From a virus: a stretch of 64,000 nt of DNA. The notes beneath the pieces were generated by a model. The model had not been told where the DNA came from and made no database searches. It worked only from the letters and a program-made list of their open reading frames with translations. A program made the position numbers and the translations under genes. The stretch is taken from the IMG/VR virus record IMGVR_UViG_3300032235_000647, positions 66,195 to 130,194 of that record; one strand, 5' to 3'. Below, piece after piece: positions 9,176-18,805 of the stretch (position 1 is the stretch's first letter; every line of letters starts with the position of its first letter).

Positions 9176-12100
9176 TTAAGCGTAAAATATACCTAAAATC
9201 TGATTTAATGAGGCAAATGCACCAGTTAATTTGAAAGTTTTACCTTGATATGTAAAAACTATACCTTCGTTTGGAACAATTTTATCAGCCCCACCGATTG
9301 CTTGTAATCTTCTCAACTCTAATTTCAATTTTTCAATCTTTTTAGGGTCTCCTGATTTCTCAACTTCCTTAATTGTTTGGTCTAATCTCTTTTTCATGTC
9401 TCGAATTGCTGCATCAGGGTTTACAGTCAATACTGATGATGTGAATTGTAGAACTTCTGCTCCAACTCCCAAGAAAATATCCTCAAATTTCATTAGGTTT
9501 TGTTTTGTGATTTTAGCTTGGTCTTCTTTATCAGTTGTTAATGCCCAATTTAACACTTTTTCATCAGTTATGTTCTTACTATCAATTCGAAACCCTTTGT
9601 CACCAAATGCCCATCTCTTGACCAATCCCATTTTGGTTTTATTATCCAACATTGATGGTGATTTTTTGTTAATATAATCATTCCACCATGCTTGATGATA
9701 CTCAGCAACACCATCAGTATCTTTCAAACCGAATTCTTTTTGTAATTTTGAGATTTTAGCAGTATATTTTCCTTTTTTAGATGAAAGGTCTTGTGATTTT
9801 GGTAAAAAAAGAACAGGAGGTCCTTGAATTGTGTAATTATCTTGAACATCTTTGTTTATTTGTTTAATCATACCCGCAAGGATTTTTGCTGCTCCTTGAT
9901 TTTCACCTATTGCATTACCTTCATCATCATATTCCATCGTTCCATGGAACACTAATAGTGGTTGTCCGTAAGGAATTACATTGACTGATGTTGGATATAT
10001 CACTTCAAGATTCATAAAACAAGCACCATCCTTAAAAATTTTAAATCGTTGGGCTTCTGAAAGTGATTTTATAGCATCGGTGAGGTCTTTCATTGCAAAA
10101 TTATACGCTTTTTCCAATTCACCTCTGCCAGTAAACTTATCTGCCACACCTTTTATGTCTAAAGCACCAGCACCTTTGTTTTTCAAGTGTCCTTTATTAC
10201 GAGCGGCAACTAATCTTCCACCTACCCATGAGATTGCAAGGGCTTGACCATCAGTTTTTTCTCGTGCAAGTTCTAAATTTCCATCCAATGCACGATTAAC
10301 AATATCTTTTAGTTGTCCAAAAGTTAAATTGATTTCGGTATCAAATGGATGATTCATGTGTCCATACGCACCACCTTCTTTTAAAAGGGATTCTTTAACG
10401 GATTGGTATTTTTTATTCCATACATATTGGAATAACTCACCCCATATAGGTCCATCAATTTTACCATCCCACTCGTAATTATATATAGGTTTACTATTAA
10501 ATGATTTGCCAGTTTTATTAAGAGCAGTTCTTCCCAACCCTTTTACATTAGTAGATTTTGGTTTTACTAATTTTTTACCACCCCAAGTTTTTTCGAGTCG
10601 TTTCTCATCTTTGTAATGTAAAAATAACTGATAACCTCTATTTACATCTTTAACCTTATCCACAATTTTCTGCATGAAATCTTCTACTTTTGGATATTTT
10701 TTTAAAAATGCTTCAACTCTTCTTGGGTCTATATATCTAGCAACTTCTTCTTTTAATTCATAAGTTTTTTTATGAATAGTATCAAGTTGTTTTCTCAACT
10801 TTTTCATTTCCTTCTCATGATTATCCATCCACGCTTGGTCAGGATATCCATGAGGTGCTAATTCATCTATTTTTTTATTTATTTTTCTGAATTTATCCAA
10901 TTCTATTTCACGAAGTTGTTTTAATGCTTCCTCATAAGTTTCATGGGTACCTAATTTTTCACCACCAGTTTTACGATATACCACCCACTTATTATCTACT
11001 TTTTGAATTGTTTCTTCTATCTTTTTAAGTTTCGTATAATATTTTGGGTCTTCAAATAGGTGGTCCATTGCTATTTCTTTTGCAATATCAGTATCAGTAG
11101 TATGTTCCCTTTCTACTTTATACCCCTTTTTGAATTCATCCATCAATTCTGAAACTGGGATATTGTGTTTTTTAGCAATATCAGATAAACTCATACCTTG
11201 TGATAATCCACCTGGTATTTTAGATTCCTTTTTAATTGATTTCGTACTATTCATAAATTCTTGTGGTGATTTAAAATGAGCTTTTAATATACGATTGTAT
11301 TTAGATGTTTTGTTTCCATCACCATGTACCATTAGAGGTATTCCTTGGTCTACTGCTCTTCCTAATTCAAATTTTGATGGAACTTCGTGAACTAATTCAA
11401 AACCAGGTAGGCTTCCTAAATAATATTCTTGGGTATCGTACTCTTCCCAAGAATGATTGTACATATAGCCAGTAGCTCCTGCAGCATCGTTAGGAGTCAT
11501 TGAACCCCTGACCCCATCATAAAAACCACTATTGACTTCATCTATTAAATTTTCCGATTCAAAGGATAGAATAGGATCAGATGATTTAAAATCATCCTTT
11601 CGCATCACCGTTTTTGCAATGGCCTGATTTGCTTGTTTAACAAAAGGAATGTTTATATCATATCTTTTATCTCTAACAACTATTTCTTTATATTTCTCTA
11701 AAAATTCTTTAAATTTATTTTTTATTCTTGATAATCTTTTAAAGAATCCTGTTAATTCAGCATCAGAAATCGGTTTACCATTTCTTGGATCATTTACTCT
11801 ATCAAAGAAATGTTGAGTAAACTCAATATCTTGTGGTGATAATTGTTTTTCTGCATATCTCTCAACACCTCTTAATTGAGACATACTCATTTCATTTGTT
11901 GGAGTATCAAAAGTTAAATTACTTGGATATTGGTTAACCGATTTGAATCTATCTGCTTCCTTTTGCTTTAATGCAGGAAGGAATCTAAATTTGGCAAGTT
12001 TAACAATTTTTCTTTTCTTTTTTTGAACCATTTGAGATACTCTAGTCTTTTGTGGTAAAGAGAGTTCATTATAAGGAGTCATTCCAAATAATCGTTGAGT

Positions 12101-14665
12101 CCATTCTTTCCTTACATACAAGTAAGCAAGTTTGTATGCTCTTTTATATAAAACTGAATATGGTTTTTTACGAATTTGTGTTCGTTGTTTTTTAATGTTG
12201 ATTAGTTTTTTATTTTTTGCAAAACTCCATCTCCTTGCAGCTCTTTGTGCTTGAGTTAAAGCCTCATCCAAACTTTCTTCATCTTCCCACTCTTCTAATT
12301 CTGCAAAATCATACTCTTGTTGCTGAGAATCCCAACCACAAGTGTGACATAAATATGGATGTTCATCTTTTACTTCAAGTTCCCATTCATGTTCACATAT
12401 TTCACATTTAATAGAAGTTCCAGCAATGGATTCCATCATAATTGGATCAGAACCCATCCACTCATTTTTCATCATATTGTCTACTAACTCAACATGAGAT
12501 TCACCAGCTAATACAATAGGAATTTTACCTTGTGAAGATAATTCTTTTGTTTTTCTTAACAAATTTACATCTCTGAATTTATTAAAAGATTCTTGTGCAG
12601 CATGTATTTTTGTTTTCTTATCACCATAATCATCTGCAAAAGATAATCTATATAGAGTATCAACATCTTCTTCAGTTGGATTTGAATCCCATGTATTCGA
12701 TAAAGGTAGATTTGCTTCTTGTGCTGATTGTTTTAAAAGTTCTTTACCTTTATCGGTTAAGTAATCTTCAGGTGACATATCTTCTACACTATCACCTTGT
12801 CCTATCATACTTGCCCAATTGGCAGCCATGACTTCTTCATTACTTAATCCAGTTTCTTGTTCTTGGTATTTGTATAGTGGAGATTCATTATCAAATACAC
12901 TTGTCTCGTCACCATCCCATGTATCAATTCCTGCACCAATTTTTTGGAATTTCTTTGCAGCATAATCCATTTCGCCACCAAATTCCAACTCACCCTCATC
13001 ATTACCCATTCCACCTTCACCTACAAACACAACGTCTTTCCATCTATCTTGTGGTATAGTTGATTTTACTTTATCAAGTATATCATCAACCATTTTTTTA
13101 TTTCCATGAACGGTTCCAAATACTTGCCCACCACCTTCAAGTTCGGTTGTTTGAATTTCCTTACCTGATTTAGCTCCTTGAAATGTATTTACACCTGATT
13201 TAGGTTGTTGTTTTTTAGCAGGATCACTTGATGGTAGTGAATCCTTATATCCACTATCTTTTGAAAAAATATTTTGTTTTGGTTTATTTTCAGGTGTAGA
13301 ATCACCACTCTCTATTGGAGTGTATTTACCACTATCATCTTTTTTAAAAATAGGAGCAGAAGAATCTTTTTCTTTACCTTTTTCCTTATATCTACCATAC
13401 CCAATATGGGTATATTTTTCATCTTCTTTATCGGCCTCAAAGAAAACTTGCTTTCCTTCCTTAACCAATCTGAATGTGACAACTTTTTTGCCATTTATAG
13501 TTGGCATCCCGTGTTCGTCTTTACCGATTGTTTTTACAACTACTTTTTTATTTTTGAATTTACCCATCAATAGAGTATCTCCAATTTCAACTGGTAACGT
13601 GATTGATTCCTTAACAACCTTTTTATCAGATTCTTTTGAAAGTTCTCTAGCACCTTTAGCAAGTTGTGTTGAAAGTTTATCATCAACATTTAATGCTTTA
13701 TCAACTACTGAATAACCAACTAATGATGCAGTACGAGTCACGTGTTTATACCACTTATCATAAGCACCATTTACCATTACATCAAATTCACCCATTGGGT
13801 CTTTTTTACCAATAGCACCTCTTGGAAAAAATGTAACTCTACCACTTGGTCCTTCTGGGTATGTAATATAATCATCCATTGAATCATCCATAACCATATT
13901 GATTATTTCCCATCCAATTTGTTGAGCTCTTTCGCCGTTGATGACTTTAAACGAATTATAGTCCGGTAAGAAAATAACAGGACCATCATCAACCATATCT
14001 TGGCCAAATCCAGATGATACTTCTATGAGTAAATCTTCAAGTTGTGTTTTAGATAATCTGATACAAGATTCTTGTAACTTATTTGTAATAAGGTTGAATA
14101 TTGTTTTGTTGAATTTAGAATATGCTCTATCTACAAAAAAGTTCTTTTTTTGTTCTTCACTTCCACTTCCCAATCCAATTCTTACTTCGGTTCCACTTAC
14201 TCCTCCGCCACCCTCAGGTGCCACATAAATATATCCCTTATCTTTATATCCTTCGGTTGGGTTACCATCCCACTTTGCAAAATATTTACCACCCAATCTA
14301 CTTGCATCTTTTTGGCCAACTACGGTTACAAAAGCAGTAGTTTTTTCATCAAACTTTTTTAGGATTTCGGTAGGTGCATAAGGATTCTTGACCTCGTATA
14401 TTTTGTTTGATGGAACACCAAACATCGTGGTCATAATTTGTTTTTTCTCCTTAAAATTAAATGGAGATTTTGGTTTTTCTACTTTATCAGAAGTTCCTAT
14501 AAATACATTATCTTTTCCGAACTTACTAACTAAATGTGAATAAGTTGCATAATGACCTTTATGAAAAGGTTGAAATCTACCTGCATAAATGACTACTGTC
14601 TTTTTTATGGGGGTAGATTCCTCTAATAATATTTGTTCTACTAAATATCTTGAAAGTTCGTTCAT
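9176..14665 (-). CDS. 1829-aa multi-domain protein: HxGH nucleotidyltransferase, TraB/Tiki-like, Zn ribbon, BECR-like, DUF5661-like and ligase-like domains
   Basis: YAGRFQPFHKGH; FGTVHG..GEGG..FRD..AGESHV; CEIC..CHTC; FTQHFFDR..KTVMRK; KVEREHT..AKEIAMDHL.E.P.YY; EKTDGQ..EGIVF..FKLTG. Confidence 0.75.
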   Translation of the reverse strand: MNELSRYLVEQILLEESTPIKKTVVIYAGRFQPFHKGHYATYSHLVSKFGKDNVFIGTSDKVEKPKSPFNFKEKKQIMTTMFGVPSNKIYEVKNPYAPTEILKKFDEKTTAFVTVVGQKDASRLGGKYFAKWDGNPTEGYKDKGYIYVAPEGGGGVSGTEVRIGLGSGSEEQKKNFFVDRAYSKFNKTIFNLITNKLQESCIRLSKTQLEDLLIEVSSGFGQDMVDDGPVIFLPDYNSFKVINGERAQQIGWEIINMVMDDSMDDYITYPEGPSGRVTFFPRGAIGKKDPMGEFDVMVNGAYDKWYKHVTRTASLVGYSVVDKALNVDDKLSTQLAKGARELSKESDKKVVKESITLPVEIGDTLLMGKFKNKKVVVKTIGKDEHGMPTINGKKVVTFRLVKEGKQVFFEADKEDEKYTHIGYGRYKEKGKEKDSSAPIFKKDDSGKYTPIESGDSTPENKPKQNIFSKDSGYKDSLPSSDPAKKQQPKSGVNTFQGAKSGKEIQTTELEGGGQVFGTVHGNKKMVDDILDKVKSTIPQDRWKDVVFVGEGGMGNDEGELEFGGEMDYAAKKFQKIGAGIDTWDGDETSVFDNESPLYKYQEQETGLSNEEVMAANWASMIGQGDSVEDMSPEDYLTDKGKELLKQSAQEANLPLSNTWDSNPTEEDVDTLYRLSFADDYGDKKTKIHAAQESFNKFRDVNLLRKTKELSSQGKIPIVLAGESHVELVDNMMKNEWMGSDPIMMESIAGTSIKCEICEHEWELEVKDEHPYLCHTCGWDSQQQEYDFAELEEWEDEESLDEALTQAQRAARRWSFAKNKKLINIKKQRTQIRKKPYSVLYKRAYKLAYLYVRKEWTQRLFGMTPYNELSLPQKTRVSQMVQKKKRKIVKLAKFRFLPALKQKEADRFKSVNQYPSNLTFDTPTNEMSMSQLRGVERYAEKQLSPQDIEFTQHFFDRVNDPRNGKPISDAELTGFFKRLSRIKNKFKEFLEKYKEIVVRDKRYDINIPFVKQANQAIAKTVMRKDDFKSSDPILSFESENLIDEVNSGFYDGVRGSMTPNDAAGATGYMYNHSWEEYDTQEYYLGSLPGFELVHEVPSKFELGRAVDQGIPLMVHGDGNKTSKYNRILKAHFKSPQEFMNSTKSIKKESKIPGGLSQGMSLSDIAKKHNIPVSELMDEFKKGYKVEREHTTDTDIAKEIAMDHLFEDPKYYTKLKKIEETIQKVDNKWVVYRKTGGEKLGTHETYEEALKQLREIELDKFRKINKKIDELAPHGYPDQAWMDNHEKEMKKLRKQLDTIHKKTYELKEEVARYIDPRRVEAFLKKYPKVEDFMQKIVDKVKDVNRGYQLFLHYKDEKRLEKTWGGKKLVKPKSTNVKGLGRTALNKTGKSFNSKPIYNYEWDGKIDGPIWGELFQYVWNKKYQSVKESLLKEGGAYGHMNHPFDTEINLTFGQLKDIVNRALDGNLELAREKTDGQALAISWVGGRLVAARNKGHLKNKGAGALDIKGVADKFTGRGELEKAYNFAMKDLTDAIKSLSEAQRFKIFKDGACFMNLEVIYPTSVNVIPYGQPLLVFHGTMEYDDEGNAIGENQGAAKILAGMIKQINKDVQDNYTIQGPPVLFLPKSQDLSSKKGKYTAKISKLQKEFGLKDTDGVAEYHQAWWNDYINKKSPSMLDNKTKMGLVKRWAFGDKGFRIDSKNITDEKVLNWALTTDKEDQAKITKQNLMKFEDIFLGVGAEVLQFTSSVLTVNPDAAIRDMKKRLDQTIKEVEKSGDPKKIEKLKLELRRLQAIGGADKIVPNEGIVFTYQGKTFKLTGAFASLNQILGIFYA

Positions 14666-14671
14666 AATATG

Positions 14672-14705
14672 ATATACTTCATCAGTATATAAATATGAAG
14701 TATAT
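14672..14705 (-). promoter_or_regulatory. TATTTATA motif within the spacer of an 11-bp inverted repeat
   Basis: atatacttcat (14672-14682) / atgaagtatat (14695-14705) flank the motif at 14688-14695, upstream of the 1829-aa gene. Confidence 0.65.
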
Positions 14706-14710
14706 AAAGT

Positions 14711-14839
14711 TTAGTGATTTTTATATACAAACGGATCTCGTTTACGAAGTTCTTCTAATTTTTTCTTGTAGATTTCTTGTCTTTTTTTCTCTTCTCGCTT
14801 ATTTTTAAAATAAGCTATAATTTTCTTGATTGGGTTCAT
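14711..14839 (-). CDS. Small basic protein (42 aa)
   Basis: Below ORF-track cutoff: MNPIKKIIAYFKNKREEKKRQEIYKKKLEELRKRDPFVYKNH; fills the gap after the glycan block. Confidence 0.65.
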   Translation of the reverse strand: MNPIKKIIAYFKNKREEKKRQEIYKKKLEELRKRDPFVYKNH

Positions 14840-16271
14840 TTTCTAATAATTTATTAAGGTTATTAACATAAGTATCTGAAATATATTCTTCACTCATTGA
14901 AAGTAAATGATTTCTATTGTATTCTAATATCGGATATAATTTTTCATATAATTCATCCCATTCTTCATTTGTTTTTTCTACTAATGATTTTACTACTTCA
15001 TATACTTTTATAATCCTTTCAGAATTATTTTGTATAGTATCATAAGATTCATCCCAAAACTCTGAAAAAGTTTTGAATCCCCATTTTTGTAGTTGATTTA
15101 TTATACCTGGCTTACCCAATATTACAAATGGATGTAAGTGAGCAATTCCTTTAAATGTTTTTTCCGAAATATAATGTCCATGTTCGTAAAATAAAGTTTC
15201 GGTTATTAAACTAAAATATGTGTTTAAGTATGGTTCTTTCTGTTCAAATCCAAATCCCCAAACTTTTCCAATATTATCATAATCAATTATATTCTTTGGA
15301 TTTTTACTTAATTTAAAATACCCACCAATCATTTTAGATTTATATTGTTTATTTTGAATATATGAAACACCATCATAATCGGTACCATTTGCCAATTCTA
15401 ATCCCATATCGTCAAGACCATAATCCCATAATGTCAAATCAATCGAGTACTCACATTCTTTTAACAAACCATCAGTTTGAAGTAAACTTAAAATAATTAC
15501 TCTATGTGGTGCAACTCTTCTATTATATATTAAACATTTTTTTGGTTTATTTTTTGTATTCTTTAATTCATTTAGATTCATTAAAGAACATTCATTTGCA
15601 TTTCCATTAAATTCAAATACTGAATCTGTACTTAACAAATGTTCGGTCTCTTTTTTCTTAGCAGTTACTGACCAGCAATAATACGCAGTATAAAATTGTT
15701 CTGATTCTAAATTATTTTTTAAATACTCTTCGTAAATATCACGAGTATTCATTGATGAAGATATTACAATAACTTTTTTTGGTGGTATATCTAATTCTTT
15801 ACATTTTTTATGCAAATTTTCAAATAAAGAGTTTCTTATATCACCTTCACTACTATAATCCACAACTAAATAAAAATTAGTAGCATTTCTTAAATATTTT
15901 TTAGCAATTTCAGATATAAAATCAAATGAATGTGTATGTTCATGATAATTTGTATTTTTACCAGTACAAGTATCAATACTACCATACGGATGAACTGTCA
16001 TTAAAAATAATGATTTATCCATTGAGTTTTCAAGAATTTTTTCATTCTCATCATATCTTACATCTGATATGTGTAAATCATTTAAACTCAATGGTAAATT
16101 CAAATTACATTCATATACAGGTACTTGAACGTATTTTGAATTAAAAGTTTCTATAAAATTGTGATTAATCACAAAATTATTATTCCAAATATCATCAGTA
16201 AAATTCCAATTCCACCCAGTAGGAACAAATCCAGCAGGTCCCACTACATCAAATAATCTTTTAATTTTCAT
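14805..16271 (-). CDS. Putative glycosyltransferase, GT10-like C-terminal domain (paralog 1)
   Basis: FSLITET..ISEKTFK..HPFVILG..GFKTFSEFWDESYD, resembling the GT10 donor-binding (Y/I)xSEK motif. Confidence 0.65.
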   Translation of the reverse strand: MKIKRLFDVVGPAGFVPTGWNWNFTDDIWNNNFVINHNFIETFNSKYVQVPVYECNLNLPLSLNDLHISDVRYDENEKILENSMDKSLFLMTVHPYGSIDTCTGKNTNYHEHTHSFDFISEIAKKYLRNATNFYLVVDYSSEGDIRNSLFENLHKKCKELDIPPKKVIVISSSMNTRDIYEEYLKNNLESEQFYTAYYCWSVTAKKKETEHLLSTDSVFEFNGNANECSLMNLNELKNTKNKPKKCLIYNRRVAPHRVIILSLLQTDGLLKECEYSIDLTLWDYGLDDMGLELANGTDYDGVSYIQNKQYKSKMIGGYFKLSKNPKNIIDYDNIGKVWGFGFEQKEPYLNTYFSLITETLFYEHGHYISEKTFKGIAHLHPFVILGKPGIINQLQKWGFKTFSEFWDESYDTIQNNSERIIKVYEVVKSLVEKTNEEWDELYEKLYPILEYNRNHLLSMSEEYISDTYVNNLNKLLENEPNQENYSLF

Positions 16272-16809
16272 AATATAATTCAGGATATTCTACTAAAATA
16301 ATTGGTCCATTTGATGATAATGCTTTTTTATATGCAGGAAGAATTTTATCAGCTGAATCCAATTTTATAATGGGAATATGTTTTAACATTGAAGAAAATT
16401 CATCAGAATAATCTGCCTTATGTTGATGGCCAGGATCCAATGGTTTATCAGAACCCTTTCCTACTCTAATGATTACATTTGGAATAAATTGACCATCTGA
16501 CATTGATTCAAGTTTATCCAAATGATTTATTAATTGGTTTGATGCACAAATAAGAAAATCCCATCTTGGATAAAATGATACTACACGATGACCTGTCATG
16601 GCCAACCCAATACTCATACCCATCTGAGTTTCCTCCATTACTGGAGTTTCAATCATTCGTTCTTTTGGTAACCCTTCAATAGTTTTACTCATTGGGTTTC
16701 CATAATATACAATTTGTTGGCCAATAAAAATTGTGGAAGGGTCTTCCATGCACAATTTCATTGATTCTGTCAATGCATCTAAATACGGTGTATATTGTGG
16801 TGAACTCAT
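16261..16809 (-). CDS. TPP-dependent enzyme, E1-beta/transketolase pyrimidine-binding domain only
   Basis: ETPVMEETQMGMSIGLAMTG, DFLICASNQLIN, GHQH; 182 aa, lacks the E1-beta C-terminal domain. Confidence 0.85.
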   Translation of the reverse strand: MSSPQYTPYLDALTESMKLCMEDPSTIFIGQQIVYYGNPMSKTIEGLPKERMIETPVMEETQMGMSIGLAMTGHRVVSFYPRWDFLICASNQLINHLDKLESMSDGQFIPNVIIRVGKGSDKPLDPGHQHKADYSDEFSSMLKHIPIIKLDSADKILPAYKKALSSNGPIILVEYPELYYEN

Positions 16810-17801
16810 TATGGTCTTGAATTTGGATTATACTGATGTTTGTTTTCTTTATACCACTCAAGTGTTTCTTTAAGTGCCTGTTTCAAATCTCTTTTAGGTT
16901 TCCAACCTGCTGTATTTATTTTCTTTGATGATAATAAACGAATCGGAATCATTGGTGCCTTATTATTTACATAAGAAATAGGATTATCATTTCCTTCTAT
17001 TTCTTTAATCCATCCCAACACTTCATTTACACTAAATCCTTCACCATACGCAACATTAAAGATATTATATGTATCGTTGTTTTCGGCAACCCAAATGAAC
17101 CCATCTGCCATATCTTCAACATGAAGTAAATCTCTAACTTCAGAGCCATCACCCCATACTGGAATTGGATTTAATCCATCAGCAACTTTACGAATATTTG
17201 CAGGAGTAACATGACATTTTTCGAAATCAAATTTATCGTTTGGTCCAAATGCATTTGAAGGTCTAACAATCAAACACTGCATTGGATTGTGAATTTGGTG
17301 TGAAAAATAATCACAAAGTAATTCACCATATCGTTTCATATTACCAACTGCTCCATAAATTGGAAAAGTTGGAGTTGCGTGAATGTTTATATCTTCGGTA
17401 CAAAACTCATCCTTCATATCAGGATAAACGGTATTAGATGAAATGAATAGAAATTTCTTTACTCCATTTCTCCAACTTTGTTCCATAAGATTTACATTCA
17501 TTTCAACATTAGGTGTTACATGAAGTAATGGATTTTCTTTTGTATCTAATGCGTTAGATGTATTTGCTGCACAATGAAATACAACATCTACATCCTTTGT
17601 AACATTTTCACAAAAAAACTTTGTCTGCAAATCACCTTGAAAATGGTGTACTGATTCCCATCCATCAAAATCACCTCTTAAATCTCTTGAAAAAGAAGTT
17701 GATCTTAAATTTCTATAACCTTTTTCCCAAAGTAATCGCAGTAAATGTGAACCAATGAATCCACTTGCACCCGTAACTAAAATAGTATCTGTTTTTTTCA
17801 T
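16809..17801 (-). CDS. NDP-sugar epimerase/reductase (GDP-fucose synthase-like extended SDR)
   Basis: TGASGFIG, RPSNAFGPNDKFD..HV.PA.I, VWGDGSEVRDLLHVED. Confidence 0.85.
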   Translation of the reverse strand: MKKTDTILVTGASGFIGSHLLRLLWEKGYRNLRSTSFSRDLRGDFDGWESVHHFQGDLQTKFFCENVTKDVDVVFHCAANTSNALDTKENPLLHVTPNVEMNVNLMEQSWRNGVKKFLFISSNTVYPDMKDEFCTEDINIHATPTFPIYGAVGNMKRYGELLCDYFSHQIHNPMQCLIVRPSNAFGPNDKFDFEKCHVTPANIRKVADGLNPIPVWGDGSEVRDLLHVEDMADGFIWVAENNDTYNIFNVAYGEGFSVNEVLGWIKEIEGNDNPISYVNNKAPMIPIRLLSSKKINTAGWKPKRDLKQALKETLEWYKENKHQYNPNSRP

Positions 17802-17804
17802 AAC

Positions 17805-18770
17805 TTATTTTTTATACTCATTTAAATAATAATCAATTGTTTGTTTTAATCCTTCTTTAAGGGATACTTGTTGAATAATACCAAATGATTCTGCTCTTTC
17901 GGTACTCATCAATCTTTTTGTATCGCCGTTTGGTTTTGTTGGGTCCCACTCAATATCCACTTTAACTCCATACATTTCTTCGTAGATTTCTACAAGAGTT
18001 TCTGCAAGTTCTTTGATTGTTACACCAGTTCCACTACCCAAATTAATTGGTTGTGTTAATTTTTGTTCGTACGCCTTAATAATTCCATCGGCAATATCAC
18101 CTGCATAGATAAAATCTCTAATAGGTGAACCATCTCCCCAACATACCAATGGATGTTCTTTTTCACCAAACAATCTTTTAATAAGTGATGCAATTACGGT
18201 TGATTCAGGTCCAAAATTATCGTGTCTACCATAAATGTTAGCAGGTCTTACAATTGACGCCTTATTCCAGTCATAAGATACTGAATAAACTTCTGCTTGT
18301 AATTCACCTAGTCTCTTTGCCCATCCAGCATATTTATCTTTTTCCGATGGGAAAGTTTTCCAAACATCATCTTCATAAAATACTTCTGCTGGTTGATAAA
18401 CTCCAACCGTTGAAGTGTATACATACCATTCAACATCTTCCAATCTTGCTGCTTCCATCATATTGGTGTTGAATTGTAACATTGGTACAAAATAATCTGC
18501 AGGTTGCTCCATTGCTCTTTTCGGAGAACCCTTTACACCTGCAATATGAAAAATTATTTCTTGTCCTTTTACAACTTGTTTACACGAATCAAATTCTCTC
18601 AAATCTGCCTTGATAAACTGATAATTACCATCTTTATACTTTTCAACTTGATTCATTGGTTCGTGGATATCCACTGCTGTTACAAGTGCACCTTTATCGA
18701 TACACTTTTGAACCATATAATTACCAACTAATCCATTGGCACCTGTTATTAAAACCTTTTTACCTTCCAT
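17805..18770 (-). CDS. NDP-sugar epimerase/reductase (GDP-fucose synthase-like extended SDR)
   Basis: TGANGLVG, RPANIYGRHDNF, WGDGSPIRDFIY, INLGSG, WDPTKPNG. Confidence 0.85.
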   Translation of the reverse strand: MEGKKVLITGANGLVGNYMVQKCIDKGALVTAVDIHEPMNQVEKYKDGNYQFIKADLREFDSCKQVVKGQEIIFHIAGVKGSPKRAMEQPADYFVPMLQFNTNMMEAARLEDVEWYVYTSTVGVYQPAEVFYEDDVWKTFPSEKDKYAGWAKRLGELQAEVYSVSYDWNKASIVRPANIYGRHDNFGPESTVIASLIKRLFGEKEHPLVCWGDGSPIRDFIYAGDIADGIIKAYEQKLTQPINLGSGTGVTIKELAETLVEIYEEMYGVKVDIEWDPTKPNGDTKRLMSTERAESFGIIQQVSLKEGLKQTIDYYLNEYKK

Positions 18771-18805
18771 TTTCTTATTTTATATATACATATATGTTTT
18801 TATTT

